Source: an uncultured Candidatus Saccharibacteria bacterium (GTDB lineage Bacteria > Patescibacteriota > Minisyncoccia > Phycocordibacterales > UBA2100). From it: DNA of 60,696 nucleotides. Below are positions 26,510 to 34,516 of the stretch, one piece after another. The notes under the pieces are model-generated. The model worked only from the letters and a program-made list of their open reading frames with translations. It had not been told where the DNA came from and did no database searches. Both the position numbers and the translations under genes were made by a program. The stretch's first letter is position 1. Each line of letters opens with the position of its first letter. The DNA lies in assembly GCA_964528735.1 (NCBI GenBank), contig CAZGUV010000002.1:23202-83897 (forward strand), read 5' to 3'.

Positions 26510-27361
26510 TCACGCTCTGTACATAATGCTTCTTTTTGACTTACCAGCGCCCGTCGTGAGCATAAATGAGTCCCGATACCTGTCGTGCATGCGAGTAAAG
26601 AAATCCTCGTTTGAAGTGAACAGGTCCATAACATTGTGCTCAAACTCAAGGTCGTTTCCTTCAGAAAATGGATCATACGCTTCCCGTTCGTTGGTATCCA
26701 TCGCTGCGCTTGAGAACAGATAACCAGTGTTACTTGCAGTTTTAAATTGCTGAACGACTTGCGGGTCAGATTTTAATGCTGTGCGCATCGCTGAAGTTGA
26801 GTTTAGATGAAAATCAACATACTCATTTTGAATAAGGCCAGACATGACTGAAAAATCTTTGCTTGTGTATTCTCGGGGTGCGACTTGCTCACTCACTATC
26901 CAAAAGAGTCTGACAGAGCCCGTTGTCTCCATCGCCTTCTCGAAAAATGCAGGATCACTAAAAAGCATATACCGGATATGGTCTGCGTAGCGCCTTTGTA
27001 GATACCCCCAGATGATGAGTGTACAGAAAAAGCCAGCCAATGCAGAGTTAATTACGAAAGAGAAAATATTTGCGTGAGCTTGTGTGATTGAGTAGGTTGC
27101 AAATGCAATGTACGCAATACAGACAATGACAACCGTACCTAAGATACAGTCAATGAGCAGATGCCCTTGTATATGTGCTTCGACAGTGCGACGTACCATT
27201 GCCGTATAGTCACTCGTAGCTTTGAGTCGCCTGAAGGCGATTGATAGTGGTGCAATTGCAAAGGTAGGTCGCATTTCTATGTCCGCCATAATCTTCCCTT
27301 CCATGACGAGCGACTTGTACGTGGCCTGATGATGACGAGCTACATCAAGTTCGTTATCCAT
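26510..27361 (-). CDS. Hypothetical membrane protein (2 TM plus a ~160-aa C-terminal soluble domain)
   Basis: Long ORF with two clear hydrophobic helices (aa ~68-122). No recognisable motifs. Confidence 0.5.
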   Translation of the reverse strand: MDNELDVARHHQATYKSLVMEGKIMADIEMRPTFAIAPLSIAFRRLKATSDYTAMVRRTVEAHIQGHLLIDCILGTVVIVCIAYIAFATYSITQAHANIFSFVINSALAGFFCTLIIWGYLQRRYADHIRYMLFSDPAFFEKAMETTGSVRLFWIVSEQVAPREYTSKDFSVMSGLIQNEYVDFHLNSTSAMRTALKSDPQVVQQFKTASNTGYLFSSAAMDTNEREAYDPFSEGNDLEFEHNVMDLFTSNEDFFTRMHDRYRDSFMLTTGAGKSKRSIMYRA

Positions 27362-27363
27362 GA

Positions 27364-27549
27364 CTACTTCTGTCTACGTCTAAGAAATGCAACAAACAAT
27401 AGTGCGATTATTGAAAGAAGAAAGATTATGCCTGCAATACCCGCAAAATCTGCACTTGTATCTACCCAACGAGACAGTGCAGCACACACAAGTATGAGCG
27501 CGCCTGCGCCTACAGCAATCTGTACAAATAGTTTTAAATACGAATGCAT
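27364..27549 (-). CDS. Small 2-TM membrane protein (61 aa)
   Basis: Two hydrophobic helices and an RRRQK tail. It is spaced 2 nt from the downstream neighbour and 1 nt from the upstream one. Confidence 0.4.
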   Translation of the reverse strand: MHSYLKLFVQIAVGAGALILVCAALSRWVDTSADFAGIAGIIFLLSIIALLFVAFLRRRQK

Positions 27550-27550
27550 A

Positions 27551-28141
27551 CTAGTTCAATGAAAATGCAGTTATGTATTCGTCGGCATTATCAATATCGA
27601 TTGCAACAAGATAGCGGACATACTGACGTGCGTCGAAAAAGTCACAGATGGAAGATACTTCCTCAGTACACTCAAATGGGTATATATACACTGACCTCTG
27701 GTATGGGCGAAACCCAATATCCTCGAGTTTCTGCCTGAATGAATTCCGTGTGGTGGTCATCTCCTTAGGGAAATCAAACATGACCATTCTCCACTTCTTA
27801 TCCCATCGCTTCGGCGCAGAAACTGACAAATCCCAGATTGCAACCTCAGCAAGTTTCACCTTGCCCTCTTCTGTGAGCAATATATAGTACTCGTCACCCT
27901 TTTCTTTGATTGCGATTCGATTTTGTTCCTCAAGATACTTAATTGCTTTCCATATTCGGTTACGTTCAAATCTATCCTGTGGTTTGAAATAGCTAATAAC
28001 CTGTAGTGCGTTTGTTTCCGCATGTGACGAGTCGAATTCTGACTCAACAAGTTGCAAAATTGATTGTGCGAGTGACCCACGTTCGGGTTTGCCTGGTTGT
28101 CCAGGTATAGGTGCAGGAGTCATCTTTTTACCCTTCTTCAT
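27551..28141 (-). CDS. PaaX-like transcriptional regulator (winged helix plus Cas2/VapD-like C-terminal domain)
   Basis: KRWDKKWRMVMFDFPKEMTTTRNSFRQKLEDIGFRPYQRSVYIYPFEC matches the WDgKWrivifDiPe...R..lr..L...GF..lq.SV pattern of PaaX-family proteins. Confidence 0.6.
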   Translation of the reverse strand: MKKGKKMTPAPIPGQPGKPERGSLAQSILQLVESEFDSSHAETNALQVISYFKPQDRFERNRIWKAIKYLEEQNRIAIKEKGDEYYILLTEEGKVKLAEVAIWDLSVSAPKRWDKKWRMVMFDFPKEMTTTRNSFRQKLEDIGFRPYQRSVYIYPFECTEEVSSICDFFDARQYVRYLVAIDIDNADEYITAFSLN

Positions 28142-28238
28142 CTCACAAGACTAGCATTACCCCTTGTCCTAATCAAACAGCTGTCGCTATACACAGCCAC
28201 TCAATGCGATTTCCGTACAAGATGCTACATTGAGATGT

Positions 28239-28709
28239 ATGAAGTCTGCCCACAAGGGTTTTACACTCATTGAACTTCTTGTGGTCATTGCAATCATAGG
28301 AGTCCTTTCTGCGGTCGTGCTTGCATCAATGAATGCAAGCCGAGGAAAGGCACGCTACGCGCGGATTGTTGAGGATATGAAAAGTATTGAGATTGCAGTC
28401 AGAATGGCTCATGATGCAGACAAACAGTATCCTGATGATGTATCGTGGGATATCCTTCCTCCAGAAATGGCCCCGTTTCTCAAACGCTGGCCGAAACCAC
28501 CATGCACAGATTGGACGTATGACTATGAGAATTGGTCAGATGGAAGAATCTATATTACCGCACGAAACGATGCAAATAACGATGTTCTGTACCTTTGTGT
28601 CGAAGATGAAAGTGAGGATTGCCCTAATACCGCTACTGCACCAAGTTCAGGTGCAATAAATATTATTACAGACTGGCCAGTGAAGTCTGTGATGTGCACT
28701 GAGACGTAA
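28239..28709 (+). CDS. Type IV pilin / pseudopilin with a prepilin N-terminal methylation motif
   Basis: KGFTLIELLVVIAIIGVLSAVVLA class III signal, and a Cys-containing C-terminal globular part. The track ORF starts at 28230. Confidence 0.8.
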   Translation: MKSAHKGFTLIELLVVIAIIGVLSAVVLASMNASRGKARYARIVEDMKSIEIAVRMAHDADKQYPDDVSWDILPPEMAPFLKRWPKPPCTDWTYDYENWSDGRIYITARNDANNDVLYLCVEDESEDCPNTATAPSSGAINIITDWPVKSVMCTET

Positions 28710-28715
28710 GTGTAC

Positions 28716-29264
28716 CTATTCAGCTATCTCTACACGAGCGGGGCGTATCACTCTTCCGTTCAGTTCGTAGCCTGATCTGAGCACCTTGGTGACGCGGCCA
28801 GAGTCTGTACCTTCTACCTTTGATTGGCTTGCAATATCGTACCTAAGTGGATTACTCTCGTCATTCACCATACCAAATTGCTTTATCCCGTTATCTTCAA
28901 GCACTTTTTTAAACTGTGTGTGGATGTATTCAATACCAATACGCCAATTAGAGTCAACCTTCTCCCAGGCCGAACCATTAAACGCTGCATCGAATGCATC
29001 AAGCACAGGAAGTAGATCCTCGATAAGGCGCTCTTTGACGAGGTCTGAAATTCTCGATTTTTCTTCAGCAAATGACCTGTCTCTGTTCACAACATCAGCC
29101 TTCATTCTTTGAAGAGCATCCAGATACTCCTGTTTTTCAGTCTCAGCGCGTTTCAGTCGTACACGTAACTTCTTCAGGGTCTCTGCAGGTGTCTCTTCAT
29201 CAAAAACAACATCGATATCATCCTGGTTGCTTGTTTCGTTATCATTCATCTGCGTAGTATACAT
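28716..29264 (-). CDS. grpE: Nucleotide exchange factor GrpE
   Basis: Coiled-coil N-terminus and GrpE C-terminal beta domain (VLRSGYELNGRVIRPARVEI). Confidence 0.85.
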   Translation of the reverse strand: MYTTQMNDNETSNQDDIDVVFDEETPAETLKKLRVRLKRAETEKQEYLDALQRMKADVVNRDRSFAEEKSRISDLVKERLIEDLLPVLDAFDAAFNGSAWEKVDSNWRIGIEYIHTQFKKVLEDNGIKQFGMVNDESNPLRYDIASQSKVEGTDSGRVTKVLRSGYELNGRVIRPARVEIAE

Positions 29265-29311
29265 ATTTTTATTGATAAGAAAACTGAATGTTCTATGGAA
29301 GTCCGCGCAAG

Positions 29312-29336
29312 AAAAAAGCCCCCGAAAGGGCTTTTT
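29312..29336 (-). terminator. Intrinsic terminator after rpsI
   Basis: The minus strand reads AAAAAGCCC-TTTCGG-GGGCTTTTTT. Confidence 0.65.
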
Positions 29337-29337
29337 A

Positions 29338-29727
29338 TTATCGCTTTGACCACTGTGGTGATCGGCGAGCTTTCTTGAGACCGAATTTCTTTCGTTCGAC
29401 TGCGCGTGAATCGCGAGTGAGAAAGCCCTTCTTCTTCAAGTCACCTCGAAGAGAGACGTCCATCTTCAATAGCGCGCGCGCAACCCCAAGGCGTATCGCC
29501 TCAGCTTGTGCAGATGCTCCGCCGCCCTTTGTGAGTGCCGTAATATCAAGTGTGTGCCCCTCAGCTGATGCGAGAGCATTCATTTGCTGAACAGCTGTCT
29601 TGAAATACTCATCAAACTTTCTGTCGTTAACAGTAAGTGTTGTCTTCTTTCCTGCTGGAGTTATACGTACTCGAGCTGTTGCTGTCTTTCGTCTGCCGAT
29701 GCCTTCAAAATATTTCTCTTTTGTCAT
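29338..29727 (-). CDS. rpsI: 30S ribosomal protein S9
   Basis: GRRKTATARV near the N-terminus and C-terminal KKARRSPQWSKR. Confidence 0.95.
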   Translation of the reverse strand: MTKEKYFEGIGRRKTATARVRITPAGKKTTLTVNDRKFDEYFKTAVQQMNALASAEGHTLDITALTKGGGASAQAEAIRLGVARALLKMDVSLRGDLKKKGFLTRDSRAVERKKFGLKKARRSPQWSKR

Positions 29728-29735
29728 AGTACGTA

Positions 29736-30107
29736 TTACTTCTTAATAATAAGATTCTTCATTCGCTTCGTTCGGAGAGTGTTTCGTGGAAGCATTCGTG
29801 ATACTGCTGTTCGGAGCACCTCATCATGACCGAATTTCTCGATGACTCGTCTCATAGACACATGTCGGAGTCCTCCTGGGTACCCTGAGTACTTCACATA
29901 TTGCTTTGTACCTTCGCGTGCGTCTGGTATATCAAGCTGAGTAACGTTTTCAATGGTAACAGTGACTGGTGCTACAACTCGCTTCTCTGCGTCAACACGA
30001 TCCTTACCAAGAAGAAGTGATGCAATCTTACTCGCAGCACGTCCGAGTCGCATTCCCTTTACGTCTATGACGTGATTCGTTTTGTCTTGTGTTTTCATAT
30101 TATACAA
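29736..30107 (-). CDS. rplM: 50S ribosomal protein L13
   Basis: GMRLGRAASKIASLLLGK motif. The likely start is the Met at 30098. Confidence 0.9.
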   Translation of the reverse strand: MYNMKTQDKTNHVIDVKGMRLGRAASKIASLLLGKDRVDAEKRVVAPVTVTIENVTQLDIPDAREGTKQYVKYSGYPGGLRHVSMRRVIEKFGHDEVLRTAVSRMLPRNTLRTKRMKNLIIKK

Positions 30108-30453
30108 ATTCTATGCGTGCTTCGTCGTGAGCAACGTTTGTTGCTGAGCCGAGCTTAGTAATTCTAAGATAGCCCCCTTCACGCTTTTCGTATCGCGGAG
30201 CTATAACACTGTGGAGCTTCGAGACAGTCTCTGCGTCATTTCCAAGACGTGCAGAAAGGAGTCGTCGTGAAGCAACCGTGTTTTTCTTTGCCGTAGTGAC
30301 CATTTTCTCAACGTAGGGACGTAGCTCCTTTGCTTTAGCAACTGTTGTGACAATAGCCTCCTCTTTTACAAGAGAGCGTGCAAGAGAGCGCATCAACGCT
30401 AGTCTTTGATTTGTCGGTCTTCCGAAGTTTCTTGTTTTGTTGTGGTGTTTCAT
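30100..30453 (-). CDS. rplQ: 50S ribosomal protein L17
   Basis: MKHHNKTRNFGRPTNQRLALMRSL N-terminus. Confidence 0.9.
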   Translation of the reverse strand: MKHHNKTRNFGRPTNQRLALMRSLARSLVKEEAIVTTVAKAKELRPYVEKMVTTAKKNTVASRRLLSARLGNDAETVSKLHSVIAPRYEKREGGYLRITKLGSATNVAHDEARIEFV

Positions 30454-30463
30454 ATGCTAACTG

Positions 30464-31432
30464 TTACGCGCGGAGAGAGATGCCCTTATCGTGTAATACT
30501 TTCTTTATCTCTTGAACTCCCTTCTGTCCAAGACCTTGGATAGCAAGAAGATCTTCTTCTCGCTTTCGAACGAGACCGCCAAGTGTTCGGATTCCAGCCT
30601 CATCGATTACTGCATACACACGAGGTGTAAGTCCAAGTTCTTCAACACGCATCTTGAGTATTTCCATGTCGCCTTGAAGTGGCGCCTCTTCTCGTGGCGT
30701 CGACTTCTTTACTTCAACTTTCTCAAGTGGAGCAAGAGTCTCTTCTTTGAATCCAACAATTGCCTTGAGCTGGTGGATCATGATATCGATAGACTGCTCA
30801 AGAGCTGCGCGAGGAGTGATTGTACCATCAGTTTCAACAGTAATTTTCAATCGGTTGAAATCAGTTCTGTCGCCGACACGCATGTTCTCAACTTCATAGT
30901 TTACTCGTCTGATTGGTGAGAATGCTGCGTCAAGTGCGATAGTACCAATCTCAACTCTATCCTTGTGAATCGCCTCCTTTGGGATAAAGCCGATGTTCTT
31001 TTCAATTGTCGCCTCGAGCTCAAGCTTCTTCTTTGAAGCAACTTCACAGATGTATTGGTCAGGGTTGAGGATTTGAACTTGACCAGGGACTTTGATATCA
31101 GCTGCTGTGACCTGCTTCTCTCCAGAGATTGAAAGAGAAATTCGCTGTGGCTCAGCGCCGTCCATCTGGAAGCGAACGCGCTTCAAGTTAAGGAGCAAAG
31201 TGATGATGTCTTCCTTAACTCCTTCAAGTGTAGAAAATTCATGTGATACTCCGTCAATTTTTACAGTAGTTATCGCAACACCAGGGAGTGAAGAGAGGAT
31301 TATGCGTCGGAGTGAGTTGCCGATAGTATGTCCATATCCAGGGAAGAATCCGTCAATTTCAAAAACTGCTCGGTTACCTTCCTCTTTCACTGCTCGTGGC
31401 TTTGATGGGAGAACGATGTGGTGCTCTGACAT
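30464..31432 (-). CDS. rpoA: DNA-directed RNA polymerase alpha subunit
   Basis: GYGHTIGNSLRRILLSS-type N-terminal domain and a C-terminal helix-hairpin-helix domain. Confidence 0.95.
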   Translation of the reverse strand: MSEHHIVLPSKPRAVKEEGNRAVFEIDGFFPGYGHTIGNSLRRIILSSLPGVAITTVKIDGVSHEFSTLEGVKEDIITLLLNLKRVRFQMDGAEPQRISLSISGEKQVTAADIKVPGQVQILNPDQYICEVASKKKLELEATIEKNIGFIPKEAIHKDRVEIGTIALDAAFSPIRRVNYEVENMRVGDRTDFNRLKITVETDGTITPRAALEQSIDIMIHQLKAIVGFKEETLAPLEKVEVKKSTPREEAPLQGDMEILKMRVEELGLTPRVYAVIDEAGIRTLGGLVRKREEDLLAIQGLGQKGVQEIKKVLHDKGISLRA

Positions 31433-31467
31433 ATGTGTACAAATTAGCTAAGTAAATAATGACGCTA

Positions 31468-32064
31468 CTATCGTGTATAGAACTCAAATATCATCGCGAG
31501 ATCAAACATTGATTCGGCAGATTTGAAAACCGGCTCTGTAGTAATCTTCGCCTCCTTCTTGTCAGTGTCTACGGTGAGCCATGATGCTGGGTGTGTCCAA
31601 TCTGCGTTCTGAAAGAGAACACCATCGCGACTTCCTTGTCTGACTCCGATGATGTCATTTACTTTGAGTGCCTGCGAAGGTGTCGTTATTCTTCGTCCGT
31701 TGATTGTTATATGTCCGTGAGCAACCATTTGTCGTGCCATTCGTCGAGTCTTTGCAAGTCCAAGGCGGTATATCGCATTATCAGCTCGCATCTCGAGTGC
31801 CGCGAACAATGCTGCTGGTGAATCTTTTTCGTTGATTGTCTGGTGAATGTATTTTTGGAGTTGCTTCTCTGTTATGCCATACGCAAAACGCACCTTCTGT
31901 TTCTCCTTAAACTGCTTTCCGTAGTCAGAGAGCTGTGATGGTCTCTTTCCTTTCTTACTGTTTTTTGAGCGTGCCTCTGAAAGAGCAAACTTCTGAGTCT
32001 GTGTTTTTTCGAAGATTGGTGCTCCGAGTCGCTTTGCAAGTTTGAATCGTGGTCCTAGTTTCAT
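31468..32064 (-). CDS. rpsD: 30S ribosomal protein S4
   Basis: S4 N-terminal domain and the S4 RNA-binding domain (RADNAIYRLGLAKTRRMARQMVAHGHITING). Confidence 0.95.
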   Translation of the reverse strand: MKLGPRFKLAKRLGAPIFEKTQTQKFALSEARSKNSKKGKRPSQLSDYGKQFKEKQKVRFAYGITEKQLQKYIHQTINEKDSPAALFAALEMRADNAIYRLGLAKTRRMARQMVAHGHITINGRRITTPSQALKVNDIIGVRQGSRDGVLFQNADWTHPASWLTVDTDKKEAKITTEPVFKSAESMFDLAMIFEFYTR

Positions 32065-32082
32065 AGTGTCGTTCTTAGAAGA

Positions 32083-32517
32083 TTAGATGCGGCGAGGCTT
32101 AGGTGCTCGAGGTCCATTGTGAGGAACTGGAGTATCATCTACGATTTTGGTAATTCCTATGCCCTTTCCTGCAAACGATCGTAGTGCTGATTCACGTCCT
32201 GAGCCAACTCCACGGATTACTACCGAGACGTCCTTCACACCCATGAGTTGTGCCTTTTCTCCAATAAGTTCACCAACTTTAGCCGCTGCAAAAGGAGTTC
32301 CTTTCTTCGCACCAGCAAATCCAAGTGCGCCCGATGATGACCACATGACTACGTTACCGTTTTCATCGGTAAGAGCCACTTTAGTGTTGTTGTATGTAGC
32401 CTGAATGGTAAGTATGCCGCGAACAATTTTCTTTGCTCCTGCTTTTGAAAGTGCGCGTGATCGAAGTTCTCGATCGACACCCTTTCCTGTTTGCTTGATG
32501 ATTCTCTTCTTTCCCAT
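32083..32517 (-). CDS. rpsK: 30S ribosomal protein S11
   Basis: ATYNNTKVALTDENGN...SSGALGFAGAKKGTPFAA and DDTPVPHNGPR. Confidence 0.95.
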   Translation of the reverse strand: MGKKRIIKQTGKGVDRELRSRALSKAGAKKIVRGILTIQATYNNTKVALTDENGNVVMWSSSGALGFAGAKKGTPFAAAKVGELIGEKAQLMGVKDVSVVIRGVGSGRESALRSFAGKGIGITKIVDDTPVPHNGPRAPKPRRI

Positions 32518-32602
32518 ATATGATTTTGTTTAAACGTTATGTTTTGGCGTGTATGTGGCACCGTTTCAGCCCGATGGATGCCCTTTAATAAAGTAACTGG
32601 GA

Positions 32603-32983
32603 CTATGTCTTTTCGAGCTTTCTTCGACCACTGGTCATGGTCTTACGAACGTTTCCTCGAATAGTACGGTTGTTTGTGCGGGTGGTCTGTCCGTGCACAG
32701 GAAGCTTCTTCGCGTGTCGGTCTCCTCTCCATGCCTTGATTTCCTTAAGTCGCTTGATGTTTGCAGAGATTTCTCGTCGGAGGTTACCTTCAATTGAGCG
32801 AGACTCAACTTCAGTACGAATCGCGTTCTCTTGTTCTGTACTGAGATCCTTAGGTCGTGCACCAAAATCAACTTTAACCTTAGAAAGAATTTTCTGAGCA
32901 AGAGGTCGTCCAATACCGTAGACAGCAGTGAGACCGATCTCAAGTCTTTTTTCTTCTGGAATGTTTACACCTGCGATACGCAT
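32603..32983 (-). CDS. rpsM: 30S ribosomal protein S13
   Basis: MRIAGVNIPEEKRLEIGLTAVYGIG N-terminus. Confidence 0.95.
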   Translation of the reverse strand: MRIAGVNIPEEKRLEIGLTAVYGIGRPLAQKILSKVKVDFGARPKDLSTEQENAIRTEVESRSIEGNLRREISANIKRLKEIKAWRGDRHAKKLPVHGQTTRTNNRTIRGNVRKTMTSGRRKLEKT

Positions 32984-33010
32984 ATGAATACTGTATGAAT
33001 ACTAAATAAA

Positions 33011-33124
33011 TTAACCTTGTCGCTGCTTATGGCGAGGGTTTTTACAAACAATTTGAATTGCACCTCGTCGTCGTACAGTCTTACAGTCTTTGCATCTTGG
33101 TTTTGTTGAAGCTTTTACTTTCAT
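33011..33124 (-). CDS. rpmJ: 50S ribosomal protein L36 (37 aa; below the ORF-track cut-off)
   Basis: Manual translation gives [37 protein letters not shown], with the CxxC...C...H zinc ribbon. It sits in the conserved position between infA and rpsM. Confidence 0.85.
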   Translation of the reverse strand: MKVKASTKPRCKDCKTVRRRGAIQIVCKNPRHKQRQG

Positions 33125-33129
33125 AGTGT

Positions 33130-33345
33130 TTACATGCGACGAGTAATGCGTGCGCGCCCTCCGTATGAATCAAGTTGAATCTCAACTTTGTCACCGACAA
33201 GAACTTTAATGCGATTGAATCGCATTTTTCCTGCAAGGTACGCAAGAACTTGTGTGTCTTCCCCGTCAAGGGTGACACGAAATAGTGTATTCGGCAGAGC
33301 CTCATCTACTACTCCAGTTCTCAATAATTCTTTGTTCGTACTCAC
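33130..33345 (-). CDS. infA: Translation initiation factor IF-1
   Basis: [33 protein letters not shown]1-like OB fold. Length 71 aa. Confidence 0.95.
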   Translation of the reverse strand: MSTNKELLRTGVVDEALPNTLFRVTLDGEDTQVLAYLAGKMRFNRIKVLVGDKVEIQLDSYGGRARITRRM

Positions 33346-33432
33346 AGGTAAATATGTGCATACAAATGTTTATGCACAAGTGGGGGGAATATTACCAGAG
33401 CCAGCATAAGGTGTCAACTGAGCGACACGAGC

Positions 33433-34488
33433 CTAGCGCTGGCTATCGATGTATATCCGCTTTTTTGATAGGTGCTCTTCGTAGGTTTTGCTGTAATAGG
33501 TGGTTCCTGCACTATCAGCAAGGTAAAAAAGGTATGGATTATCCTGCGGCTCGAGCACCGCACGTATTGAGCTCAGCCCGGGGTTATTTATAGGGCCTGG
33601 AGGCAAGCCAGTGTGTACGTATGTGTTATAAGGCGACTGATGCTTCAGGTCTTCGCGAGTAAGTCCAAATGTACCCTTTCCGAGAATATAGAGGAAAGTA
33701 GCATCCACCTGTAGTGCCATGTTTATCTTCAGACGGTTGTTGATTATGCCGGCAATCATGTGCCTGTCCTTAGTGTCGCTTTCCTCCTTCTCTATGATTG
33801 ATGCGATGGTAAGAATTTCATGCATATTGTATGGTGATTTCTCAATCTCGTCTTTGTATGGTTCTAGTTTTCTTGTGAGAGTGTCTTTCAAAACTTTCAG
33901 CAAATCCTGTTCCTTAATGTTGGGCAATACAAAATATGTATCTGGAAACAAATATCCTTCAAACTTCTCTGCTTCTTCGGTAAACTTTACCCGGTCAAAG
34001 TGCATTAACTTTCCATCCAGAAGCTTCCCGATCTCTTTGGCGGTGCTTCCCTCGGGTATGACTATGCGTACTGGCTCAAGTCCAAATGCACCACTGGTGA
34101 TTCGCTTCGCGACTTTCAAGAGTGAAATAGGTTCCTTAAATACATAGTCACCAGCATAGACTTTCTCAGATTTGCCCTGAAGCTGTATAACACGCGTAAG
34201 CCACCACGATGAGGTGACAACACCTTTTTCTTCAAGGATTGACGCTGCTTCACGTACATTACTTCCTTCAGGTATCGTGACATATCCATCCTTGGGAAAG
34301 TTGTGTGGTGGGAAGTTTATGTATGCATAGAATGAGCTTATACAAGCCGCTACTACTGAAATTATAATGAGTGTTCGAATGTTGGTGTGCCTATTCCAAG
34401 TGGAATCATCAGATACGATCGCATCTTCGATAGATTCAAGTGTAGTTTCTGTCTTCTTTTCCGTATGCATGAACAAATAGCTTACCAC
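33433..34488 (-). CDS. mltG: Endolytic murein transglycosylase MltG (YceG-like)
   Basis: N-terminal TM, a LysM-like segment and C-terminal YNTYVHTGLPPGPINNPG, typical of YceG. Confidence 0.8.
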   Translation of the reverse strand: MVSYLFMHTEKKTETTLESIEDAIVSDDSTWNRHTNIRTLIIISVVAACISSFYAYINFPPHNFPKDGYVTIPEGSNVREAASILEEKGVVTSSWWLTRVIQLQGKSEKVYAGDYVFKEPISLLKVAKRITSGAFGLEPVRIVIPEGSTAKEIGKLLDGKLMHFDRVKFTEEAEKFEGYLFPDTYFVLPNIKEQDLLKVLKDTLTRKLEPYKDEIEKSPYNMHEILTIASIIEKEESDTKDRHMIAGIINNRLKINMALQVDATFLYILGKGTFGLTREDLKHQSPYNTYVHTGLPPGPINNPGLSSIRAVLEPQDNPYLFYLADSAGTTYYSKTYEEHLSKKRIYIDSQR

Positions 34489-34516
34489 AATAACGGTGTA
34501 AGCCCTTGTGTATAGC

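Noticed and set aside
26408-29337. CIRCE (TTAGCACTC-N9-GAGTGCTAA) heat-shock operators upstream of grpE, dnaK or dnaJ, and an hrcA gene.
   Set aside because: No match to either half-site was seen in the three upstream regions, and no HrcA-like ORF is present in the window.
32635-32943. 102-aa alternative-frame ORF inside rpsM, and the 74-aa ORF 33081-33305 across rpmJ/infA.
   Set aside because: Both are same-strand overlaps of highly conserved ribosomal or IF-1 genes, so they are out-of-frame artefacts.
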